A stretch of 64,000 nt of DNA from an uncultured Actinomycetes bacterium (GTDB taxonomy: Bacteria; Chloroflexota; Dormibacteria; Aeolococcales; Aeolococcaceae), in contig CAZCJX010000001.1 in NCBI GenBank assembly GCA_964499205.1, forward strand, positions 52,969-116,968, in the 5' to 3' direction. Below, in pieces: positions 52,060 to 61,763 of the stretch. Positions within the stretch are counted from its first letter, which is position 1; each line of letters begins with the position of its first letter. A model generated the notes under the pieces. It did no database searches, had not been told where the DNA came from, and worked only from the letters and a program-made list of their open reading frames with translations. The translations under genes were made by a program, and so were the position numbers.

Positions 52060-54462
52060 TTAAGGATGCGCTGCGGGGCTCGGCGCGGCGACGGAGCCGG
52101 AGTCGATCAGCCGCTCGATCTCGCCGTCGCCGTAGCCGAGCTCGGCGAGCAGGGCGCGGGAGTGCTCGCCGCACGCGCTGGCGGGAGCGAAGCGATGGGG
52201 GAGGTCACCCACCTGCACCCTGGCCGGCGGGCACCAGTACCGCCCGAACTCGCGATGCTCGGCGGCGCGCAGCAGGCGGTGGCCCTCCAGCCATTCTTCG
52301 AGGGGTTGCTCGCTCACCGCCACCGCGGGCACGTCCGCCGCCTGCAGCGTCGCCGCCAGCGTCGGTGCGTCGGCGCGGCCGGCGACCTCCGCGAGCGCAT
52401 CCGCGAGAAGTGCATCGTGGCGCAGCCGCGCCGCGGAGTCGGCGAGGCGCGGGTCGGAGAGCCATTCGTGGTGGTGCAGCGCCGCCGCCAGCGCCTCCCA
52501 CTCACGCTGCTGCACCACGCCGAGGAAGATCCAGCCGCTGCGGCAGGGGTAGAGCCGGTACAGCGCGTGCGGACCGTGCTGCCCCGCATCCGGCAGCTGC
52601 CACGCGGGCGCGCCGGCGTAGCGCACGAGATGCGGTGACATGGCGTGCGCGGTGCTGGCCAGCATCGTGGTCTCGAGGTACTGCCCGACTCCGTGCACCT
52701 CGCGGGCGTAGAGGCCGAGCATCAGCGCGGTGGCGGCGCCCAGTGCGGAGGCGGGGTCGGGGAAGGAGTCGTCGACGGGCGCGTTGCCGGTGCCCGCCTG
52801 CAGGATGCCCGCGCCCGACAGGGCGGTGGGCGTGGAATGGAAGGCGGCGCGGGCACGCCACGGCCCGCGCGTGCCGTAGGACGCCGCGTGGAGATAGACG
52901 AGTCGCCGGTTGAGCGCGTGCAGCGTCGCGTAGTCGAGGCGCAGGCGTTCTGGCACGCCTGGGCGGAAACTGTGCACCAACGCGTCGCTGCGCTGCACCA
53001 GGCGGTGCAGCACCTCAGTGCCCTCGGGGCGCTTGAGGTCGAGGGCGATGCTCTCCTTGCCGTGCAGGAACTTCGCCGCCTGCAGGCCGGTGCGGCGATA
53101 GGGATCACCGTCGAGCGTCTCCACCTTGATCACCCGCGCGCCCAGCTCGGCGAGCAGCGTGGTGGCGAAGGGGCCGGCGATGAAGTACGCGACTTCGAGG
53201 ATGGTGAGGCCGGCCAGCGGTGGCTGCGGCTGTGGCGGGGCGATGCCGGTGCTGGCGCGCGGTGGCCATGACAGGGCTGCATGCTCGTCGAGCGCGGGCG
53301 CCGGGCGGTCGACGCGCGCCGGCGTGTCGGAGAGATGCACCAGCGGGCCGGGCATGCGCACCGTGCCCACCTTCGCATCCTGCACCGTGGCGACGCGGCC
53401 GTTCTCCACCATCTCGGGATGGGTGAGGAACTCGTCGGGCGTGAGGAAGGGATCGCCGCCGACGTCGGCCTGCACCAGCAGATCCATCCACTCGGCGCTG
53501 CTGCGCTGCCGCATCCGCGCGCGCACCAGCTGCTCCAGCGCGTCGACGTCGGCCACGCTGGGGATGCCCAGCGGTGCGCGCGCGTAGCGCGGGTCGTCGT
53601 AGATGTCGGCGAGCCCGAGCAGCGTCATCCAGGCGCGGAAGTGGTGGTCCTGGCGTGCGCACATCTGGATGTGCCGCCCGTCGGCGCACTCGGCGACCAG
53701 GAAGCACAGCTCGATGCCGCGATGCATCGCCGCGCTGATCGGCGCCACCCTGCCGGCCGGCTCGCCGCGGGGCATCTCCTGGCGCATCAGGTAGGCCGAT
53801 GCGCCCTGGAGCAGGCTGGTGCGCACGTGGTGGCCGCGACCGCTGCGGCGCCGTTCCAGCAGCGCGGCCAGCACCCCCTGGGTGGCCAGCTGCGCGGCCG
53901 CGAAGCAGGCGGTGGCGGTGGCGCTGTAGCGCGGCCGCGCCGGCTCCGACTCGTACCCGGCGGCGGCGCCGGAGAGGCGGTCGAGGCCGGCGAAGCGGCC
54001 GATGGCCGCGGCCACCACGCCCTCGTATCCCTGCAGCCCGGCCAGCTCGCCGACCTCCCCGAAGCCGCTGATCGAGCAGCCGACGACACCGGGATTGGCC
54101 GCGGCGAGCTGCGCGTATCCCAGTCCCAGGCGATCGGCGACGCCGGGGCGGAAGCTCTCCACCACCACGTCGGCGGCGGTGGCCAGGCGCACCGCCTCGG
54201 CCCGGCCGCCGGGCTGGGTGAGGTCGAGGACGACACTCTGCTTGCCGCGGTTCCACATCAGGAAGCCCGGCGTGCCGCGCGACCAGTCGCCCTGCGGCGG
54301 CTCCACCTTGACCACCTCGGCACCGTGGTCGCAGAGCAGCATGCCCACCATCGCGCCGGCCATGCCCTGAGCCAGGTCGACCACCCGCAGGCCGTCGCAC
54401 ACGCCGCTCACCGCTGCTCCATCCACGCGCTCCGCAGCCGCTGTATCACCGTTATGATGCAC
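52060..54462 (-). CDS. tandem fusion of two family III CoA-transferase domains
   Basis: 800 aa with two copies of the N-terminal signature (GLRVVDLAQGMAG...GAEVVKVEPP and GLTILEVAYFIAGP...GARVIKVETL). Start is GTG 54462, 54426 or 54411. Confidence 0.85.
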   Translation of the reverse strand: MHHNGDTAAAERVDGAAVSGVCDGLRVVDLAQGMAGAMVGMLLCDHGAEVVKVEPPQGDWSRGTPGFLMWNRGKQSVVLDLTQPGGRAEAVRLATAADVVVESFRPGVADRLGLGYAQLAAANPGVVGCSISGFGEVGELAGLQGYEGVVAAAIGRFAGLDRLSGAAAGYESEPARPRYSATATACFAAAQLATQGVLAALLERRRSGRGHHVRTSLLQGASAYLMRQEMPRGEPAGRVAPISAAMHRGIELCFLVAECADGRHIQMCARQDHHFRAWMTLLGLADIYDDPRYARAPLGIPSVADVDALEQLVRARMRQRSSAEWMDLLVQADVGGDPFLTPDEFLTHPEMVENGRVATVQDAKVGTVRMPGPLVHLSDTPARVDRPAPALDEHAALSWPPRASTGIAPPQPQPPLAGLTILEVAYFIAGPFATTLLAELGARVIKVETLDGDPYRRTGLQAAKFLHGKESIALDLKRPEGTEVLHRLVQRSDALVHSFRPGVPERLRLDYATLHALNRRLVYLHAASYGTRGPWRARAAFHSTPTALSGAGILQAGTGNAPVDDSFPDPASALGAATALMLGLYAREVHGVGQYLETTMLASTAHAMSPHLVRYAGAPAWQLPDAGQHGPHALYRLYPCRSGWIFLGVVQQREWEALAAALHHHEWLSDPRLADSAARLRHDALLADALAEVAGRADAPTLAATLQAADVPAVAVSEQPLEEWLEGHRLLRAAEHREFGRYWCPPARVQVGDLPHRFAPASACGEHSRALLAELGYGDGEIERLIDSGSVAAPSPAAHP

Positions 54463-54467
54463 ATCAT
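54454..54467. promoter_or_regulatory. palindrome ATGATG-CA-CATCAT in the divergent promoter of the CoA island
   Basis: 6-bp arms within the AT-rich patch GTTATGATGCACATCATATAAATGTTAGG. Overlaps the most upstream candidate start of the tandem CoA-transferase. Confidence 0.4.
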
Positions 54468-54488
54468 ATAAATGTTAGGGGGCTGGAG

Positions 54489-54929
54489 ATGGAGCAACCG
54501 GGTCGCCTGCCCGCCGTGGCCGGCTGGTTCCGCGTCGACGGGGACGGGGTGCGCCTGCTCGGCGGCCGCTGCCCGAAGTGCCGCACCTACTCGTTCCCCG
54601 TCGCCCGGCTGGGGTGTCCCAATCCCGCCTGCGGCGAGACCGAGGTGGAGGAGGTGGAGCTGAGCACCCGGGGTCGGGTGTGGTCGTACACCGAGAACCT
54701 GTATCCGCCGCCGCCGCCCTACGTCGCCGCCGAGCCGTTCCAGCCCTACGCCATCGCCGCGGTGGAGCTGGAGGAGGAGCGCATGGTGGTGCTCGGCCAG
54801 GTGGAGCCCGACGGGCCGCCGCTGCGGGTGGGCATGGAGATGGAGCTGGTGCTGGGCACGCTCTTCGAGGACGAGCGCGGCGAGCACGTGGTCTGGAAGT
54901 GGCGGGCCGTCGCGGAGCAGAGCGCATGA
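54489..54929 (+). CDS. DUF35 Zn-ribbon/OB-fold protein
   Basis: ATG after GGGGGCTGGAG. CPKC...CPNPAC zinc ribbon followed by an OB-fold region. ATGA overlap with the thiolase-like gene. Confidence 0.85.
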   Translation: MEQPGRLPAVAGWFRVDGDGVRLLGGRCPKCRTYSFPVARLGCPNPACGETEVEEVELSTRGRVWSYTENLYPPPPPYVAAEPFQPYAIAAVELEEERMVVLGQVEPDGPPLRVGMEMELVLGTLFEDERGEHVVWKWRAVAEQSA

Positions 54930-56119
54930 GCGGCGTGCAACCGGTCGCGGTGCTCGGCGCCGGCATGCATCCCTGGGGCAAGTGGGGACGCAACTTCGTC
55001 GAGTACGGGTTGGTCGCGGCGCGCCAGGCGCTGGCCGAAGCGGGCCTGGAGTGGCGCGACGTGCAGCTGGTGTCCGGCGCGGAGACCATCCGCAACGGCT
55101 ATCCCGGGTTCGTCGCCGGGGCCACCTTCGCCCAGGCGCTGGGCTGGTCGGGCGCGCGCGTCGCCAGCAGCTACGCCGCCTGCGCCTCCGGCGCGCAGGC
55201 GCTCAACGTCGCCCGCGCCCACATCCTCGCCGGCATGTGCGACGTCGCCCTGGTGGTCGGTGCCGACACCACCCCCAAGGGGTTCTTCGCACCCGTCGGC
55301 GGCGACCGTCCCGACGACCCCGACTGGCTGCGCTTCCGCCTGCTCGGTGCCACCAACCCGACCTACTTCGCGCTCTACGCGCGGCGCCGCATGGAGATGT
55401 ACGGCGCCACCGAGCGCGACTTCGCCATGGTGAAGGTCAAGAACGCGCGCCACGGCGCACTCAATCCCAACGCCCGCTACCGCGCCGAGGTCAGCGTCGA
55501 CGAGGTGCTCGCCTCGCCGGTGGTGGCGTCGCCGCTGCACCTCCTCGACATCTGCGCCACCAGTGACGGCGGCGCTGCGGTGGTGCTGAGCAGCATGGAG
55601 TTCGCCAGGCGCCACACCAGCGCGCCGGTGACGCTCCGCGCCGTGGCCACCGCCACGCCGACCTATCCCAACACGGTCATCGAGATGCCCAACTTCGCCA
55701 CCGACTCGGCGGCGGCGGTGGCGCCGCCGGGACGCGGCTTCCGCAGCGCCATCGCCGCGGCCGCGTACGAGGAGGCGGGCATCGGTCCCGAGGATCTCGA
55801 CCTCGCCGAGGTCTACGACCTCTCCTCGGCGCTGGAGCTCGACTGGTACGAGAACATCGGGCTCTGCGACGAGGGCGAGGCGGAGCGCCTGGTGCGCGAC
55901 GGCGACACCGCCGTGGGCGGGCGCATCCCGGTCAACCCCAGCGGCGGCCTGGCCTCGTTCGGGGAGGCGATTCCCGCGCAGGCGATCGCCCAGGTGTGCG
56001 AGCTGGCCTGGCAGCTGCGCGGCGCGGCGGGGCGGCGCCAGGTCGCCGGCGCCCGCACCGGGATCACCGCCAACCAGGGACTCTTCGGGCACGCCTCGGC
56101 GGTGGTTGCGGCTCGCTGA
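54926..56119 (+). CDS. SCP-x-type thiolase-like protein (DUF35 partner)
   Basis: Nucleophile motif AACASG. The C-terminal NPSGGLASFGEAIPAQAIAQVCELAWQLRG aligns with SCPx [30 protein letters not shown], so GHP is replaced by GEA. Confidence 0.85.
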   Translation: MSGVQPVAVLGAGMHPWGKWGRNFVEYGLVAARQALAEAGLEWRDVQLVSGAETIRNGYPGFVAGATFAQALGWSGARVASSYAACASGAQALNVARAHILAGMCDVALVVGADTTPKGFFAPVGGDRPDDPDWLRFRLLGATNPTYFALYARRRMEMYGATERDFAMVKVKNARHGALNPNARYRAEVSVDEVLASPVVASPLHLLDICATSDGGAAVVLSSMEFARRHTSAPVTLRAVATATPTYPNTVIEMPNFATDSAAAVAPPGRGFRSAIAAAAYEEAGIGPEDLDLAEVYDLSSALELDWYENIGLCDEGEAERLVRDGDTAVGGRIPVNPSGGLASFGEAIPAQAIAQVCELAWQLRGAAGRRQVAGARTGITANQGLFGHASAVVAAR

Positions 56120-56227
56120 ATCGTCGCCCGGGGTTCGCCGGTTGACCCCTTTCCCTATATATGGTAGAAATCATTTATAGGTTAGGCGGGGCCAGGTTCC
56201 GTGCTCGGTTGGAGGATCTGCGGTTCC

Positions 56228-57403
56228 ATGCTCATCTCGGCCGATTCCCATGTCGTCGAACCAGGTGACCTCTGGGCGCGCAACCTGCCCGCCCGGTTCC
56301 GCGACCAGGCGCCCCGGGCGGTGCAGGATCCCGACAACCATCACTGGTACCTGCGCGGACCGGGCATGAGCCGCGGCGTCGACCTGACGCTGTCGACGTG
56401 TGCCGGGATGAGCGCCGCCGAGGTCAACGAGCTGCTGGCGCGCGATCCCGGCGCCACCGTCGGCGTGCAGGGTGGCAGCGATCCCGTCGCCCGCATCCGC
56501 GACCTGTGGCGCGACAACACCGTCGCCGACGTGGTGTACCCCACCTGCGGGCTGAGCATCATGCAGCTCGAGGACGACGAGCTGCAGCAGGCCTGCTGCC
56601 GGGTCTACAACGACTGGCTGGCCGAGTTCGTCAGCGCCGATCCCCAGCGCCTCGTCGGCCTGGCCATGCTGCCGTCCTGGGACCTCGGCGTCGCCGTCGA
56701 GGAGCTGCGCCGCAGCCACGCCCTCGGCCTGCGCGGCGCCATCATCTGGACCGCCCCGCCCGGCGACACCGGCTTCTTCGACCAGGCCTACGAGCCGCTC
56801 TGGAGCGCGGCGGAAGAGCTGGGCATGCCGGTGTCGTTCCACATCCTCGGCGGCGCGCGCTCCAAGAAGGGCCTGGCCGAGTTCAACACCACCGTCAGGG
56901 GCACCTTCTATTTCACCTTCATCTCCCGCGACGAGGTGCAGCGCTCGATCTGCGAGATGATCGCCGCCGGCGTCTTCGAACGCCACCCCGACCTGCGGGT
57001 GGTCGCCGCCGAGGCCGGCATCGAGTGGGGCGCGACGCTGGAGCGCACCCTGAACAACAGCTACGGCAGCTTCTGGTCGAAGCTCCCCGGCGCGCCGCCG
57101 CTGACTCCGGGCGAGTACTTCCGGCGCAACGTCTACCTCACCTTCATCGACGACCCGATCGGGCTCAACAACCTGCGCTTCACCGGCGCCGACCACTTCA
57201 TGTGGTCGAGCGACTACCCGCACCTGGCGGCGACGTGGCCGCAGTCGCAGTCGGTGATCGACACCGAGTTCGGCAACGCGGGAGTCAGCGCCGAGGACCG
57301 GCGCAAGATCACCCTGAGCAACGTCGCCGAGCTCTACGGCATCGACCTCGACACCGTCGCCCAGCCGAGTCGCCACGTCGACGCGGCGGCGGCGGGCGTC
57401 TAG
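56228..57403 (+). CDS. amidohydrolase_2 (ACMSD/LigW/LigJ-like) family protein
   Basis: MLISADSHVVEP N-terminus and WSSDYPH C-terminal motif. GGAGGA lies 12 nt upstream of ATG 56228 (GTG 56201 is the alternative). Confidence 0.8.
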   Translation: MLISADSHVVEPGDLWARNLPARFRDQAPRAVQDPDNHHWYLRGPGMSRGVDLTLSTCAGMSAAEVNELLARDPGATVGVQGGSDPVARIRDLWRDNTVADVVYPTCGLSIMQLEDDELQQACCRVYNDWLAEFVSADPQRLVGLAMLPSWDLGVAVEELRRSHALGLRGAIIWTAPPGDTGFFDQAYEPLWSAAEELGMPVSFHILGGARSKKGLAEFNTTVRGTFYFTFISRDEVQRSICEMIAAGVFERHPDLRVVAAEAGIEWGATLERTLNNSYGSFWSKLPGAPPLTPGEYFRRNVYLTFIDDPIGLNNLRFTGADHFMWSSDYPHLAATWPQSQSVIDTEFGNAGVSAEDRRKITLSNVAELYGIDLDTVAQPSRHVDAAAAGV

Positions 57404-57433
57404 CCGGCGCCGGCAGGGAGGCGAGGCGCCGCC

Positions 57434-58210
57434 GTGAAGATCTTCGTCGTCGACACCGGCGAGGCGGAGGCCAGCGACACCCACCTGGGCGGCTGCAGCG
57501 CCACCGGAGTCCGCTGGAGCCGGCTGGGCAGCCCCGATGGCTACCCGCTGCGACTCGCCGTCACCGAGATGGAGGACGGCGGCGAGCTGTCCTGGGACAC
57601 CGCCCACGGCGACGAGGCGGTCTACGTCGTCGAGGGCGCGCTCGACGTCGCGGGCCACGTCGCGCCCGCCGACGGAGCGGTGATCGTCGAGTCGGGCGTG
57701 GCGACCACGGCACGCGCCGTGGGCACGACGCGTATCGCCCACTTCCGGCCGGAACGCATCGACCCGCCGAGCGACGGGCTCTACGGCCCGCCGGCGCCGC
57801 AGGGACACACCGTGCACGTGCTCGGTCCCGGTGCCTGGTACGCCTCGGGCGCGCGCGAGAACGTGGTCGCCCGCTGGTTCGCCGACTCCACCTGTCCCAC
57901 CTGCCGGGTGCAGCTGCTCCACGTCGCCCGCGACGGCGCCAGCGGGCAGGGCCCGCAGCACAGCCACACGCAGGACGAGATCATCCACGTGCTGCACGGC
58001 AGCGTGTATCTCGGCAAGCGTGAGCTGACCGCAGGGATGAGCCTGTGCATCCCCGCCGACATCCGCTACCGCATCAGCGGCGGACCCAACGGCTACGCCT
58101 TTCTCAACTTCCGCCGCGACGTCTCCGAGCAGGTGTACGGCGGTGATCGCGCCACCGAGCTGGAGGGCGGCCTGGCTCGTGGCGGTGTCCCGGTGAACGA
58201 CTTCCGATGA
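57434..58210 (+). CDS. bicupin protein
   Basis: The C-terminal cupin has an intact motif 1 (GPQHSHTQDEIIHVLHG). The N-terminal cupin is degenerate (HGDEAVYVVEG). GTG start after GGGAGGCGAGG. Confidence 0.7.
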   Translation: MKIFVVDTGEAEASDTHLGGCSATGVRWSRLGSPDGYPLRLAVTEMEDGGELSWDTAHGDEAVYVVEGALDVAGHVAPADGAVIVESGVATTARAVGTTRIAHFRPERIDPPSDGLYGPPAPQGHTVHVLGPGAWYASGARENVVARWFADSTCPTCRVQLLHVARDGASGQGPQHSHTQDEIIHVLHGSVYLGKRELTAGMSLCIPADIRYRISGGPNGYAFLNFRRDVSEQVYGGDRATELEGGLARGGVPVNDFR

Positions 58211-58230
58211 GGCAACAAGGAGAGCTGCCC

Positions 58231-59820
58231 ATGCAACGGTTCAGCCGCCTGAGAACCCGTGCGGCGATTTCCCTGGGGATCGGGACCATCTCGCTGGTCA
58301 CCGCCTGCGGCTCGTCGGGCGGGACGGGAACCTCGGACTCGAGCTCCGCATCGGCCGCGGCCAACACCGTGGTCAAGTCGCACCTGGAAGCGCTGCACAT
58401 CCTCGACCCGGTGCACAACGTCGACCAGTGCAACCTGAACGGCCTCTCCAACCTCTACGACAACCTGATCCGCACCACCCAGGACAAGAAGCTGGTGCCC
58501 GGCCTGGCGGCGAGCTGGAGCAGCCCGGACTCGACGACGTTCAGGATGAACCTGCGCCAGAACGTCAAGTTCCAGGACGGCACGGCATTCAACGCCGCCG
58601 CCGTGGCCGCCGCCATCACCCGGGGACAGACCGACCCCACCTCGACGCTCAAGGGCGACCTGGCGCCGATCTCCAGCGTCGACACCCCGGACGACCACAC
58701 CGTGGTGCTCCACCTCAGCAAGCCGGTCTCGGGCGCCATGGTCGGCGTGTTCAGCGGCATGGCCGGGCTGATCCCCTCGCCCAAGGCTGTTGCTGACATG
58801 GGTGACCAATACGGCGTCACCGGCGCGGTCGGCGCCGGTCCGTTCAAGTCGATCGCCTTCAGCGCCAACCAGGCCTGGAGCGTGCGCGCCTGGGACGGCT
58901 ACTGGGACGCCGCCAACCGCAAGCTGGCCGGCGTCGACTTCATCGACATGGGGCAGACCACGGACACCCTGGTGCCCAGCCAGGTGGCCTCGGGACAGCT
59001 CGACATCGGCTCCATCAAGGACTCCGAGATCGACCTGGTCAAGGGCAAGTCGGGCCTCAAGTACATCGCCTCGCCGACCTACCAGTACGCCGAGATCTTC
59101 CTCAACTACGGCCAGGCACCGTTCAACAACCCCAAGGTCCGCGAAGCGCTGGAGTACGCGGTTAACCGGCAGCAGCTGGCCGACTCGCTGACCGGCGGCG
59201 CTGACAAGGTCGCCTGGCAGCCGCTGCCCGCGTCGATGAACGGGCACGATCCCTCGCTCGACAACAAGTACCCGTACAACCCGCAGAAGGCCAAGCAGCT
59301 GCTCGCCGACGCGGGCTATCCCGACGGGCTGAAGATCGACGTCGCCGAGATCGCCTTCGACTACTACCAGCGCCTCGCCCAGGCGGTGCAGGGACAGCTG
59401 GCCCAGGCCGGCATCACCATCACCCTGCAGCCGGTGGCCGGCACGGCGATCAACGACGTCCTCTACAACACCAAGAAGTACAACGCGGCGATCACCGCCT
59501 ACGCCGGCAACGCCGATCCCGGCCGCACCCTGCGCGCCAAGTTCAGCACCGGCGGCCTCAACAACCCGTCGCACACCACCACGCCGGGCATCGACGAGGC
59601 GCTGGCCAGCGCCGACGCCACCGCCGACGTGGCCAAGCAGGGCGCCGCCTACCAGCAGATCTCCAAGATCGTCATGGAGAACGCCCTCTCGGTGCCGCTC
59701 TACTTCAACAGCGGCGTCACCGTGTACTCGCCCAGCCTGCAGAACGTGGCCTACGGGCAGACCACCTGCTCGCAGGGCAACTTCACCAGCCCGCCGTCCG
59801 TGTACACCACGGCCGGCTAG
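58231..59820 (+). CDS. ABC transporter substrate-binding lipoprotein, family 5 (Dpp/Opp type)
   Basis: ATG 58231 after AAGGAGAG. Lipobox LVTAC-GSSGG. SBP_bac_5-like sequence. Confidence 0.85.
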   Translation: MQRFSRLRTRAAISLGIGTISLVTACGSSGGTGTSDSSSASAAANTVVKSHLEALHILDPVHNVDQCNLNGLSNLYDNLIRTTQDKKLVPGLAASWSSPDSTTFRMNLRQNVKFQDGTAFNAAAVAAAITRGQTDPTSTLKGDLAPISSVDTPDDHTVVLHLSKPVSGAMVGVFSGMAGLIPSPKAVADMGDQYGVTGAVGAGPFKSIAFSANQAWSVRAWDGYWDAANRKLAGVDFIDMGQTTDTLVPSQVASGQLDIGSIKDSEIDLVKGKSGLKYIASPTYQYAEIFLNYGQAPFNNPKVREALEYAVNRQQLADSLTGGADKVAWQPLPASMNGHDPSLDNKYPYNPQKAKQLLADAGYPDGLKIDVAEIAFDYYQRLAQAVQGQLAQAGITITLQPVAGTAINDVLYNTKKYNAAITAYAGNADPGRTLRAKFSTGGLNNPSHTTTPGIDEALASADATADVAKQGAAYQQISKIVMENALSVPLYFNSGVTVYSPSLQNVAYGQTTCSQGNFTSPPSVYTTAG

Positions 59821-59891
59821 CACCAGGCGCGGGCGATGACGGCAGCAACCCGTGGCGCCACCTCCGCCACCTCCATGCCGGGGACGGCGCA

Positions 59892-60857
59892 GTGATCCTG
59901 CGCCGTCTCCTTGCCGTCATCCCCATCGTGTTCCTCGTCTCCTTCGGCGTCTTCGGCCTGGAGACGCTGCTGCCCGGCGACGCGGCGGTGACCATCGCGG
60001 GTGAGAACGCCTCACCCGCGACGGTGGCCCAGATCCGCCACTCGCTGGGCCTCGACCACTCCATCGTGCAGCGCTACGTCGACTGGCTCGGCGGCGTGGT
60101 GCACGGTGACTTCGGCCACTCGCTGTTCACCCACGCCTCGGTGAGCAGCATGATCTCCAACGCCTGGGTGATCACCTTCGCGCTGGTGCTCGGCGCGCTG
60201 GTCATCGCCCTGCTGGTCAGCCCGGTGCTCGCCCTGGTGGCCGCCCGGCGCAGCGGCGGTGCCGTCGATCGCGTGATCACCGTCCTGGCCAGCATCGGCA
60301 CCGGCGTACCCGACTTCGTGGTCGGCATGTTCATGCTGCTGCTCTTCGGCGTGGTGCTCGGCTGGCTGCCCCTCACCGGGTACGTGCCGATGTCGAAGGG
60401 CTTCGGCACCTGGGTCAGCCACCTGGTGATGCCGGTGCTGGCGCTGTCACTGCCGATGACCTCGTCGCTCACCCGGCAGCTGCGCTTCAGCCTGGCCGAC
60501 ACCCTGGTGCAGCCCTACATCCGCACCGCGTACGCCAAGGGCCTGAGCGACCGGGTGGTGCTGGTCAAGCACGCGCTGCGCGCCGCGGCGCCGGCGGCGG
60601 TGTCGGTGTTCGGCGTCTACGTCGCCCGCCTGCTCGGCGGCGCGGTCATCGTGGAGTCGGTGTTCCAGCTTCCCGGCTTGGGCAACACCACGGTCACCGC
60701 CATCCTCAACCGCGACTTCCCGGTGATCCAGGGCGTGATCCCGCTGCTGGTGCTGGTCGCCGTTCTCGCCAACGTCGGCGCCGACGCGCTCAACGTGGTG
60801 CTGCGGCCGCGCACCGCCACGGCGATGCGCGAGGTGCGCAGGGCGGCGGCGGCATGA
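59892..60857 (+). CDS. ABC transporter permease (DppB/OppB type)
   Basis: 321 aa polytopic, with YIRTAYAKGL EAA-loop region. 4-nt overlap with the next permease. Confidence 0.85.
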   Translation: MILRRLLAVIPIVFLVSFGVFGLETLLPGDAAVTIAGENASPATVAQIRHSLGLDHSIVQRYVDWLGGVVHGDFGHSLFTHASVSSMISNAWVITFALVLGALVIALLVSPVLALVAARRSGGAVDRVITVLASIGTGVPDFVVGMFMLLLFGVVLGWLPLTGYVPMSKGFGTWVSHLVMPVLALSLPMTSSLTRQLRFSLADTLVQPYIRTAYAKGLSDRVVLVKHALRAAAPAAVSVFGVYVARLLGGAVIVESVFQLPGLGNTTVTAILNRDFPVIQGVIPLLVLVAVLANVGADALNVVLRPRTATAMREVRRAAAA

Positions 60858-61738
60858 CCGACACGGCAGTTCCCATGGGCGCGGTCCGGCGCAGCAGCGC
60901 GGTCCGCCGCCTGCTGCAGGGCCGGCGGATGCAGGCGTTCCTGCACGACCGCGTCGGCATGGCCGCGGCGATCTTCCTGGTCGTGGTCGGCCTGGCCGCC
61001 ATCTTCGCCGGCAAGGTGGCGCCCCACGATCCCAACCAGACCGACCTGGGGGCGATCTTCCACGGCGTGTCGCGGCAGCACCTGCTGGGCACCGACGAGC
61101 TCGGCCGCGACGTGCTCAGCCGGGTGATCTTCGGGGCGCAGGTCTCGGTGATGGTGGGCCTGCTCTCGGTCACCGCCGCGCTGATCATCGCCCTGCCCTT
61201 CGGGCTCCTCGCCGGCTACCACGGCAAGCTCACCGACACGGTGGTTGTGGCCATCGTCGACATCATCCTGAGCGTGCCGCCGCTGGTGCTGGTCTTCGCC
61301 ATCGCCGGCATCCTCGGCGCCAGCATCACCAACGTGGTGCTCGCCCTGGCGGTTTTCTTCACCCCGGTGCTGGTGCGGGTCACCCGCACCGAGACCATGC
61401 ACGTGCGCCACTCGCAGCTGGTCGAGGCGGAGATCGCCGTGGGCGTGCGCACCCGCACCATCCTGCTGCGCCACGTGCTGCCCAACATCGCGCCCGCGCT
61501 GATCGTGCAGTGCGCGCTCAACATCGGCATCGCCATCATCGCCGAGGCGGGACTCAGCTTCCTCGGCCTCGGCGTGCGCCCGCCCACCGCCAGCTGGGGC
61601 GGGATGCTCAGCAGCGCGTACCAGTACATGGTCGCGCACCCATGGCAGATCGTTCCTCCGGGCCTGGCCATCGTGCTCACGGTGGTGGCCTGGAACCTCG
61701 TCGCCGACGCGTTGCGGTCGACCCTCGACCAGCGCTAG
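60854..61738 (+). CDS. ABC transporter permease (DppC/OppC type)
   Basis: 294 aa polytopic, with LLGTDELGRDVLSRVIFGA typical of DppC/OppC. Confidence 0.85.
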   Translation: MTDTAVPMGAVRRSSAVRRLLQGRRMQAFLHDRVGMAAAIFLVVVGLAAIFAGKVAPHDPNQTDLGAIFHGVSRQHLLGTDELGRDVLSRVIFGAQVSVMVGLLSVTAALIIALPFGLLAGYHGKLTDTVVVAIVDIILSVPPLVLVFAIAGILGASITNVVLALAVFFTPVLVRVTRTETMHVRHSQLVEAEIAVGVRTRTILLRHVLPNIAPALIVQCALNIGIAIIAEAGLSFLGLGVRPPTASWGGMLSSAYQYMVAHPWQIVPPGLAIVLTVVAWNLVADALRSTLDQR

Positions 61739-61763
61739 CCACTAACCCCAGGAGGCCCCAGGC

